Positions 35,220-44,884 of a DNA stretch of 64,000 nucleotides are shown here, one piece after another; position 1 is the first letter of the stretch, and each line of letters opens with the position of its first letter. The DNA comes from Entomortierella parvispora E1425 (lineage: Eukaryota > Fungi > Mortierellomycota): contig BQFW01000006.1 in NCBI GenBank assembly GCA_020891255.1, forward strand, positions 992,001 through 1,056,000, given 5' to 3'. A program made the position numbers and the translations under genes. A model generated the notes under the pieces. It was not told the DNA's origin. It worked only from the letters and a program-made list of their open reading frames with translations, and made no database searches.

Positions 35220-35714
35220 ATGGTCTCGCAAGCAACCTTCCGACGCTGGAAGATCGTCCTTGCCTTCTTCGCCTTTGTCAGCTTCATCGTGATGGCGATC
35301 AGCTACATTTACCTCAGTGACTTGAACGATGGTCAGGTCGATATACTTTGGGGCGATTCTGTCCAGATTATCGTCAACGTCACTTTCTTCTTCTCCGCGG
35401 TGCACGGGGTCTTTAGAAAGCCCTTTGATATCCCGCGCCTCCTGCGCGCCCTCTTCCTGCTTGGACTAGCCGTCTTTCTTTTGGTTGTGAACTTGATGGT
35501 CATTCACGCTGCGGATCTAGCCTCTTCGTACGGATACCGGGGCTTTGAATGCGACTCTGACGACTATTGCTATCTTTTTTGGGTCCATGTCTTTTCATCT
35601 ACTATCATTGGGTTCCTTATGATCTTTGATGCCATTTGGACATTCATGAGAAGGTCTCCCAAGTCTGTAGAAGATATCCCCGCCGCCCCTCAAGGTTGTA
35701 AGACCGAAGTATAG
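35220..35714 (+). CDS. Four-TM MARVEL-like protein, array copy 4 (164 aa; tail lost by an apparent frameshift near 35690)
   Basis: MVSQATFRRWKI...LWGDSVQII...FECDSDDYCYLFW. The 3' DNA aligns with copy 3 only after a 1-nt deletion. Confidence 0.8.
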   Translation: MVSQATFRRWKIVLAFFAFVSFIVMAISYIYLSDLNDGQVDILWGDSVQIIVNVTFFFSAVHGVFRKPFDIPRLLRALFLLGLAVFLLVVNLMVIHAADLASSYGYRGFECDSDDYCYLFWVHVFSSTIIGFLMIFDAIWTFMRRSPKSVEDIPAAPQGCKTEV

Positions 35715-36694
35715 CCATTATATCCCCTATACCATCATTTATTTCCCAGCATCAATATGTAGCCTCTACTCCATTTTACCATCTTGGTCGTAATAAACAA
35801 GCCACAACCAAATCGTCCAGTTCGTGAACTATCATCCTACTCACGACCCTAATTCTCATCGTGATCATTAAGGTCGTCACATCCAAAAGTACTTGTCCTT
35901 TTCGTGGTATTGATTCTCCCGTAAAACGGCGACCAAGTGGTAATTTGGAACGGGAGGAAGTATCTACAGGAATAATTGTTTGCAGATCCTGGGAAATGAG
36001 CCTCGTGCCGTAGAAGGAGAACTTTTTGGTGTTGGTGTTTGTGACTTGATCCATCATTGACTACAAGTGTCCAATTGCCGTTAAAGCATGCCAGTTGCAA
36101 CGATGTGGACTGACATCAACAAAAGAGAAGTGACATAAAATGGCTCACAACAGGACAACGTGCTCTGCGGCTCTAAACACAACCTGACTTCTATGGCCTC
36201 ACGTGTATGAAGCCCCACCAGGCCCAACGCAACAGCCGCAATGTCATATGTGATATTTTGCAACTGGCAATGCAGCAGCGCTCTCCCTATCCACAGAAGA
36301 GCTCTTGCAAGGTAGACCCCTACGAAGCACCGCCACAGTTGCCTTCTCTACTCAAATATGTTGCTCAACAGGCATCATCCATGAAGAGTCGACCGAATGG
36401 TCAAATGTCTCAGACTGCGTTTCGCGATCATCGGCTGTACTTCGGAATTTGGCGCCCCTGTATTTAAACATGAGACTTATGATGACAAGACAGTCGAAAC
36501 GCAAAAAAAAAAAAAAAGAACGTGTAGAGCACTTCGCTGTTCCAAGTCGCTGATGTTTGGTATAATACATGTATTTAAGTACTGGCGATCTGCCGCAAGA
36601 AAAAAAAACATGGCTCGTTCCTTCTCTTCTTTTCCCCTCTTGTCTCCAAACGCCTCCCCTAGCATCTTTCTGTCAGTATATTCTACCTACCATC

Positions 36695-37321
36695 ATGGTC
36701 TCACAAACAACATTCTGACGCTGGAAGATCGTCGTCGCCATCATCGCCCTCATCAGCCTCATCGTCATGGCGGCCAACTACATTTACTTCTCCGCTCTGC
36801 TGAACATGTATGATGACCCAATTTTCAGTCACTGGTTCGACCATGTCTGGATTATTGCGAGCCTGGTTTTCCTCTTCACTACCTGGTTCGGTGCCTTTGG
36901 AAAGCCTATCAAGGTCCCGCGCTTCCTTCGTGTTTTCCTGGGTGCGCTCGCAGCGTTGCTTTTGGGTGTGAACTTGTGGATCCTTCACTTTCAGGTTGTA
37001 GACCTTCTACATGGATACCCAGCCTTTGACTGTGGCGCCGATGTCCAATGCAAGCTCTCCTTGGCCACCACTTATTTGTCCGGCATCAATGGACTCCTTG
37101 TGCTCGTTGATGTCGTCTGGACATTGAAAGTGGGCTCTCTTGCGTCTGTTGGATCTCCCCCCACCTCTGTCGAATCGTGCGGCCTGACGTTAGCTATTAT
37201 AACCCCCAGCCATACTACATGCCCCAGTCCGACCAAACGCAAGCAGAGAAACAGCACACACATTAACTACCAGCATCCAATGCAGCCGTTGCCAAATCCT
37301 GACAACACTTACAAAGTTTGA
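36695..37321 (+). pseudogene. Four-TM MARVEL-like gene, array copy 5; TGA at codon 8 (36716-36718) and frameshifted tail
   Basis: ATG GTC TCA CAA ACA ACA TTC TGA CGC TGG AAG, versus copy 4 ...TTC CGA CGC TGG AAG. Downstream ORF 36767..37321 contains FDCGADVQCKLSL. Confidence 0.8.
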
Positions 37322-37821
37322 CAAGTCGGGGCAACATTCTTAATACCGGACTCGAGCACAATCCTGCAACGTCCAAGCACGCAGCGCAAGAAAAAAAGTG
37401 TACATTAATATCAGCATTGTAAATAATAAAGTGGCCGCAAGTCTGGCTCTGTTCTTGCAGCAACTCGTCTTGTTTCCGAGATCGAATTCCCCTTTCGGTC
37501 TTTACATGCTGCACACGCTTGCTTGCACTACATGTGTTTGTCGCGACGATACGCGCGCGCACGACCAAATCCCTTTGGGTGGTGCCTGAGTTCTACACGT
37601 GACATCCATGACGAAAAGTGGAAAGCAAAAAAAAAAAAGAGCAACGCTCACGGTCCTCCGGCCGTTAGGTCGGCAGCGTGGCAGTGCAAGAGCAGGCTCT
37701 GCCCCCTGGGTCAATTGGCAACAAGAAACGGCGCTAGCTCCCTCTTTTCTTTTTTTCACCCTTTCCTCTCTTTCCCTCTTTGCCTCCCCTGTCCCATCTG
37801 CTTGACTCTCTCACTGCCGCC

Positions 37822-38556
37822 ATGGTCTCGCAGACAACCTTCCGCCAGTGGAGGATTGCCGTGGCCCTCGTCGCCTCCATCAGCGCTATCCTCATGGCGG
37901 CTACCTACATTCGCCTCAGGATTCTGTATGGACAAGATCTTGATCTTTACTGGGGAGACTACTCCGAGATTATCGTGAGTGCGATTTTCTTCTTCACAAC
38001 CTTGTATGCTGCCTTTGGGAAGCCTCTCGGGATCCATCGCTTCCTACGCGCCTTCCTCTTGTTCGCACTAGCAGTCTTGATTTTGTATGTGAATCTGAAG
38101 AGCATTCACTATGAGGTTCAGTACGCTTCGGAGTCTGGTACCCCCGCTTTCGAATGTGGTACCTCCACCTACTGCAAGCTTAGCTGGTCCAGTGTCTTTT
38201 TATCCATTATCACTGGGTTCCTTGTCATCTTTGATGTTGCCTTTACACTCATGGTCGGTTCTCTCGAGTCTGCAGCAGCTGCCCCCGCTATCGTCGAGGT
38301 TGTACAGCCTTCAGCTGGCTACTATCCTCCGCAGCCATACTACGTGTCCCAGCCGGACCCAATGCAGCAACAACAGTACTATCAGCAGCCAATGCAACAG
38401 CAACAATACTACCAGCAGCCAATGCCGCAGCAACAGCAATACTATCAGCAGCCATTTCAGCAAATGACCCCTGACGGTTCGCAATTCCATGCCCAAGCAC
38501 AACCCTGCAGCTCACAACCATCTCCGATTCCCCAAAAACAACCGTACCAACAATAG
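37822..38556 (+). CDS. Four-TM MARVEL-like protein, array copy 6 (intact, 244 aa; tail with 3x PMQQQQYYQQ repeats)
   Basis: MVSQTTFRQWRIAV...YWGDYSEII...FECGTSTYCKLSW...; ATG at 37822 within ORF 37780..38556. Confidence 0.9.
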   Translation: MVSQTTFRQWRIAVALVASISAILMAATYIRLRILYGQDLDLYWGDYSEIIVSAIFFFTTLYAAFGKPLGIHRFLRAFLLFALAVLILYVNLKSIHYEVQYASESGTPAFECGTSTYCKLSWSSVFLSIITGFLVIFDVAFTLMVGSLESAAAAPAIVEVVQPSAGYYPPQPYYVSQPDPMQQQQYYQQPMQQQQYYQQPMPQQQQYYQQPFQQMTPDGSQFHAQAQPCSSQPSPIPQKQPYQQ

Positions 38557-38665
38557 TGTTATTTACCCGAAGTTGATAATAAAAAGGCCTCCCGTTTCTT
38601 GAAGTTTAGTGTTCTTCACGGTCCTATCCCCATTCTTCATCATAGTCGTTGTCTTTGTTGTCGTT

Positions 38666-39318
38666 TTATGAACCCCCTGTCCTCTTCGTGATGTTGTCGT
38701 TGTTACTGATACCATTTCTAGTATTGATATGAAAGAACCCTCTAGCCTGGCCTTCAGGCCCGTCAGAGGCAGGAGCAAATCCATGCGCAGTAGACAAAGA
38801 GGTATGGAGGAGCCATGGTGGATACTCTAGATGGTACCATGTCGGCTTGGAATTAGCCTCTTTCGTCCGTTTCGGAGGAAGACCCTGCTTGAGTTCGAAC
38901 TGAGGAACAGACGAAGTGGCCAACTCCTTTGTGACCAAACTCAATTTTTGTCGGTAATCTACCAAGTTGTCCGAGAAAGCTGATGTGGAAAGTAGGGTAT
39001 CGCGGACCGTTTTAAAAAAAAGGCGGAGAAGCTGGGAGGAAATGAAGGTCGCATTTTTTTTTTTTTTTTTTTACCGTCGTAGGCCTCTGGAGTCTGGTTT
39101 CGACAAACCACATCCTCTGATAGTCCGGTTTCTGGCATCTCGATATGAAGGTCTGGTCGTGTTCTCTTTTTGCCTGCAATGACTGCACAAACACGCACAC
39201 CTGTCGGGGCTAGACTCTGAGTCTCTGACGAGGAGTGGGATGGTTTGTGAGTTGGCTGATCAATTGCGGGTGCAAAAGACGATTTGACAAAAGTTGGAGT
39301 CACTGATGGCGGAATCAT
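38666..39318 (-). CDS. Possible small two-exon hypothetical protein (exons 39201-39318 and 38666-38979)
   Basis: A GTGTGC...CATCAG intron joins MIPPSVTP...SLAPT to AFSDNLVDYRQKL...TWYHLEYPPWL...GGS* in frame. The 5' end is uncertain. Confidence 0.4.
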
Positions 39319-41288
39319 TGAACTAGAAAGTGAAGTGATGTCTCTGGTGTAAGGTACTCAATAGCTGGAGGGTGACTAGGATATCAGAGAAGATGACTGC
39401 GAGCAGAGCTAAAGCCAGGGGTGGGGCTGTAAACAAGAGCTGTAGCTGGTGGTGATGAGGGAGCGGGTAGTGCTGAGCGGGTGGGGGAAGTATTTGTAGA
39501 AGCTCTTTGTTTGTACACTCTAGAAGCATTGATGTTAGGAGACTTATCCACCGTTGACCAAGAGCGTAACAACTGCCACGAAAAATGGCCAATTATAGGC
39601 ATGTGGCATGGAACAAGAAAAAAGAGAAATGGACAGCGATGGAGTAAGGTGTCTTTATAGAGACCACAGTGGAACAACCCAACCACACGTCGTTACTTCG
39701 AGCCTCAACTCGGCTACAGACTGGTAGACTTCGTAGAATGGCCAGCCGATCGACAGTGGTGTCGGCTGTTGTGCATGCTCTTTCCTTGTTCATAAGACGA
39801 CGTTACACCTGCGATTCGGAAAATGGTGACTATTGAATAAAGGGAAGGACATTGGTCACGCGATGATAGAGTTGATAAACCATTGTATCACGACGCCCTC
39901 TGCAACCTCGTCTACTTCTCCACAACTGACCCAGACCAGCCAGATCCGGGAATACAACGACGAGATATAAAAGGACATTGCAGCAGCAAGTAAATGCATC
40001 TTTACGAGAACTCGCCGAGACCCCTGGCCCTCCTCCTGCAGTTGATTTTTTTTTTCTTTTTTTTTTGAGCAACCTCGGCTACTTTCGACTGAGAGACGTA
40101 AGAGTCTAGCCCAATATCTTTTGGGTCTTTGAATGCCAATTGTCTCTTTTCGAGTCAACAACTCGTGGGTCAGGACTCAATTGGTCTTGTGAAAGATGAC
40201 TCAAGGGTGAACGTACATGTAAGAAGCACCTCAAGTGCTGTTGTCGTTCATGAACACCCGCAGCAAGGGGATCAAATCATGCCCCATCCAATTCTCTTGA
40301 CTGTTCGACATGAGACTCTTGTTCGAACACATGCAAAATGAAAAGAAGCCCTTCCTTGTGAAAATCCAGGGGGAGGGGAGATTGCACGTGGTAGCTGCAG
40401 AACGGGACATCGTTGCATGAAGTTGGAACGAGGGACAGCAAACAACACGGACGACAACTCGCTGTCTTTGAGTAAATTGCATGAACACTGCAGCAGCTGC
40501 GTTGGGCACTTGATGAACCTCAAACCTTTCGCCTGTCGGGGTCACTCACTGTCCTGCGGTCTGTCTTTGTGCGTCTGCCATGTGGCGAACGCAACAAAAC
40601 CAAAAACTGGTCTAAATGAGCCCATGTGGCCAAGGACCGACCCCTTACAAAAAAAAAAAAAAAAAAAAAAAAAATCAGTCAGCCCTTTGAATCGTGTTGA
40701 GTCATCGGTCCGGGACTGGTCCAACATGCAGGCACCGTGCATTTCTCTCTTTTTTTTTTTTGTTCCCTTGCATTCCACGATCTGCATCAACCCAATTGTT
40801 TTTGTGTTACCCTATGACGCGCACTCCCTGCTCAAGAGGCCATGGACGTCGTCTCTGGATCGGGGTCACCGGAATGAACAGGCCCTTACTAATGCCTGTG
40901 TCACGCTCACAACAATCGTTGACTCTTCAAAATCGGACGCGCTCATGGGACGCGCCACAACCCGCGTCCCCTTCCCCACATAAAAAGGATGACCTCGATT
41001 CTGTTTCTTCCTTCCTTCTTTACTCGTCACTGCTTCACTCAAACCATTTTCAGACTTTCATCATCCTTGGTCCCTTCTTTTCATGCCTTTACCCACGATC
41101 GTAACACAGAGAGGTACAAACCAGCGAACCCTCGGAGAGACGAATATCCTGACATGCCCCCCCCCCTTTACTGATATGACCATTCCTCTCGATGGCTCTC
41201 TGTGTATAGAACCCTTCGTCTGCTAGGCTAAACAGCCCTCAAACCTGGATATCCATTCCATTTACCAAACAAAGACAACAACGCCATC

Positions 41289-43080
41289 ATGCTGAGAAAC
41301 GCAAACGGCTACTTCGAGTTCCGACCCTTGACTTTACCCAAGGCTATTCCCATGTTCCTTGGCAAAGGGTTCCAAACCATCGAACGACATGTGGACGAGG
41401 GACTCGAGAACGAAACCGAGGAGACCTTGCACCGTCGAATCAAAGCTGACATCGTTCAGTTGTGCCAAGAACGTGGTCTACCCTCCGAGGGCGAGAAGAG
41501 TGCGCTCATTCGCAACTTGTTAGGCTGGGTAAGAAGTCATGACAGACAAAAAAAGCATCGTATCGTTCTTGTTTATCCATTCTAGATACCAACTTTGAGT
41601 TAACCTTTCTATCGTCTCTGCACAATAGCAAAAGGCCAAGCCGGTACCTGGGCCATCAACGCCTCAACTCTGCTCTCTAGAGCCTATGGTAGTCTCCAAG
41701 AAAGCTCCCATCAACACCCGCTATCTCAACTCAATTCTTGCCGATGTGGACTTTCATGGCGAGATTTCGTACGACCAGTTGACAGTGGGTAGGAAACTTG
41801 GATCTGGCGGATTCAAGGATTGCTATGCAGGCACCTTCAAAGGGGTAAGACTACAGAAATTACCATCACTTCAGAATCCCTCCTTTTCTTTCTTTTTGTT
41901 GGTCTAGTTGGCTGATATGCAGGGAAAAAAACATGTGCTGTGATAATAGGAAGAGGTAGCAATCGGTGAACTTCGGATCCAAAACTTTTCTGAGTTGGAC
42001 GTAAAAGAGATGAAGCACGAGATCAACGTCCTGAAGTAAGTGTGTGCGGGTAGCAAGAGGTTATTCAGGTTGGATGCTGTGGGACTAAGGGAAGATACAT
42101 CGTCAACCCACTATTGTCACTCACAACTGATATTTGACTTTGTTTAGACAACTTCGACACGAGAGCATCATCCGGTTCATTGGGGTCTGTACGAATGTAC
42201 GTCATCTCTGTATTGTTACTGAACTTTGCGCGAACGGAGACCTCTATGACCACATGCGCAAGGTCCGGAAGCCATCTTTTGGTCGAATGGTAACAATTCT
42301 CATTCTCAAGACTGTTTCACGAAGTCCACTATGTTCAATATATGGATCCTAACCCGCGAGAAATTGTGTTTGCAGATCATGATCATGCATGACATTGCAA
42401 TGGGCTGTTCTTATCTCCACGCTCGAAGGCCAAGCATCATTCACAGGGTAAGTTGGAAGCTACGTGGTATCACGCACCCATGTCGAAAGATCTCAGTTCT
42501 TTGACTAACGGATTTTTTTTTTTTTTTTTTTTGGATGTCCTCAGGACATGAAATCGATGAATGTTTTGATCACCTCTGACGAGAGAGCCAAGATCAACGA
42601 CTTTGGGCTTGCACGCATCCGCCCAAGAGCCAATGCTTCTCTCCATACCCAATGCGGCACCCCCAATTGGCAAGGTAAGATTCCATAAGAGATCAATACG
42701 TGCAAGGGAAATTGCAGAACTGAGCAATGGAGTCCAACTCTTGCTCACGTATATAAAACTCCCTCTCTCTTCAACTTACATCAGCGCCCGAATTCTGGAC
42801 ACCGAATCCAAGTTATACCGAAAAGGTGGACGTGTATGCCTGTGGATTGATCTTTTGGGAGATCTTGTCCTGGGCTGAGCTCGGATACCCCTACCACAAC
42901 TTGACCGAGCACCAACTATACGAGGCTGTCAGAGACAAGGAAGTTCGCCCGCCTCTGGAGAAGCTGCGAAAGTATCCACCTTCACTCTTGGCCTTAATCC
43001 AAGACATGTGGCGCAAGGATCCTAAGAAGCGACCCTCCATGTTCTATGTTGTCGATCGACTGGCAGATTACCTTCAGTAA
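41289..43080 (+). CDS. Protein kinase (TKL-like catalytic core) with N-terminal SAP domain and WNK-type lysine placement; 7 exons
   Basis: SAP-like LHRRIKADIVQLCQERGLPSEGEKSALIRNLL; GSGGFKDCY; VAIGEL; HEINVLKQLRHESIIRFIG; HR|DMKSMN; DFGLAR; CGTPNWQ|APE; KVDVYACGLIFWEI; KRPS. All six introns are GT-AG. Confidence 0.93.
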
Positions 43081-43585
43081 TCAGAAAATGAGGAGGCAGG
43101 GACTCCCGTTTCAATTCTTAATTTTTCATTTGACAAAGATGCCCTCTGCTCATTCCTCATTCTCCACTCTGCCCTCACCCTCTTCACTTTATTTTTTGGA
43201 CAAACCCTTCTCAAGGACTTTCCGACAGACATCTTTATATCCCCTACATAGAAACAATGAAAAAGTCCTCCCAAAAACATGCCCTTTCTTTATACCAGTT
43301 CTAGCACCCCAAAAAAAAATAAAAAAATAAAAAAAACCTCCCCTTTGATAATATGGCACCAAGAAAGTTGAGGTTTACAAGCTTGCCCGCATGGCCCTAT
43401 TTGGATTGTTTGAGCCCAATGCTCACTCGGTATCTTAAAAAGAACTCTGCGGCCCATTCCTCAAAAAAAAAAACATGAAGTCCGACTGATGGCGCAGTGT
43501 TGAAGATTCCTCGCCCTGGAAAGAACAAAAAAAATGTTGTTACTCGACAAAGTTTTATTTTTTTTTCTGCATGAGACGATGACTT

Positions 43586-44342
43586 TCAGCCGCGGCAAGC
43601 GCTCAGACAGGATCTCCAAGTGCTAGCACAGCTGTTGAGACAGGGGTTACTGGATTGGCACTGGCCAGTGCAGATGGTGACCGCACGCTGATCTCCGGTG
43701 CAAGTACTGAGGCAGCTCTTTAAAGCAGCATCATTGTTATGACAAGTATCTTGGCAAGAGTCAAGAGCGCTGCCACAGTCGACATTGCATTGGAAACCAC
43801 CCGAACCAGTCGTTGGTGCAGGATTTGGAGCAGCCGTGATAGTGGTGGTGGTGGTGGTGGTGGTGGTGGTGGTAGGAGAAGCAATGGTGGAAGTAACATA
43901 CGCCTGGGAGGGAGGGGACAGGTATCCCGTAAAAGTAGTGGTAGGAAAAGCCCCTTTTGACTGGATTGTGTTGGTGCTTGTAGAGCCAGGGCTTCCGGCA
44001 GAAGGCACACCGCCACCACCTGTGATGCCCTTACTCCCTGAACCTTCTGAGGAGTTCTTGTTCCAGACAGTGCCGCCGAGGACGCCGAGAACAATGGCCA
44101 AAACGAGAACGAGAACAATATAGAATTCCTTTTTGCGATAGTCACGCACGTTGAACAAAAAAGTACCAAAGGTGTACCGACCATGGCTATAGCTGTTGTT
44201 GTCCATTGGCTCGCAAGGGATAAAAGTGACCTCCCCGTTCTTGTAGGGCGTTGTTGAGGTTGCTGGGGAAACCTGAACGATCGTGGTTGCACTGCTGTTG
44301 CCCGCACCTGGGACGGGGTAAGCTCTCAGCTGCTGCTGCTGC

Positions 44343-44378
<36 letters not shown>

Positions 44379-44417
44379 CGTTGTTGATGTTGTTGTAGTT
44401 GTTGCATCTGTTGCACC

Positions 44418-44458
<41 letters not shown>

Positions 44459-44884
44459 CCGTTGCCGTTCGTATTGCAAGTAGAGGTTTTGTTGTTGCTC
44501 CAGCTGCCGTTGCTCTTCCAATTGCAACTGCCGATTGTACTCTTCTTCATATGTCAGTCCTTCATAATTGGGCAAATTCTCCTGCTCTTCAACTACTTGG
44601 CCCGCCGGAGCTCGAGAGGAGTGGGACGAAGCCTCGGTCGAGGTTGATACAAGTGGTGAAAATGTGGATTGATGCGAGTTCTCAGTTTGATTGGAGTGAG
44701 GGTTTGTCGGCGCTATATTGTGAGGTGAGATGGCTGCAGGGGGTGGGGGCACATAGTCGTGAATGTGTTGCGGTGACCTCAGCAATGTTGCCTGGTCGCC
44801 CTGAGGCGATGCTTGTGGAGGCACAGTCAAAGATGAGCCTTCATCCAAAGTTTTTTGAGGTAGGTTACTGTCAGTGATCGTCAT
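43586..44884 (-). CDS. Single-pass (predicted type II) membrane protein: poly-Q N-terminus, TM, S/T stalk, 12-Cys C-terminal domain
   Basis: Start MTITDSN at 44884 in ORF 43586..45058. TM FYIVLVLVLAIVLGVLGGTVW is preceded by RKK; the C-terminus has six Cx3C units. Confidence 0.85.
44331..44470. repeat. (CAG/CAA)n poly-glutamine coding repeat
   Basis: Trinucleotide runs (tgc/tgt on + strand) encoding Q tracts on the minus strand. Confidence 0.9.

Noticed and set aside
40417-40560. Possible hAT transposase remnant (TDDNS...CVGHLMNL resembles TDNA...CxxHxLNL)
   Set aside because: Only two short, degenerate motif matches, with no terminal inverted repeats, target-site duplication or further transposase sequence. 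It would need an HMM search to revive.
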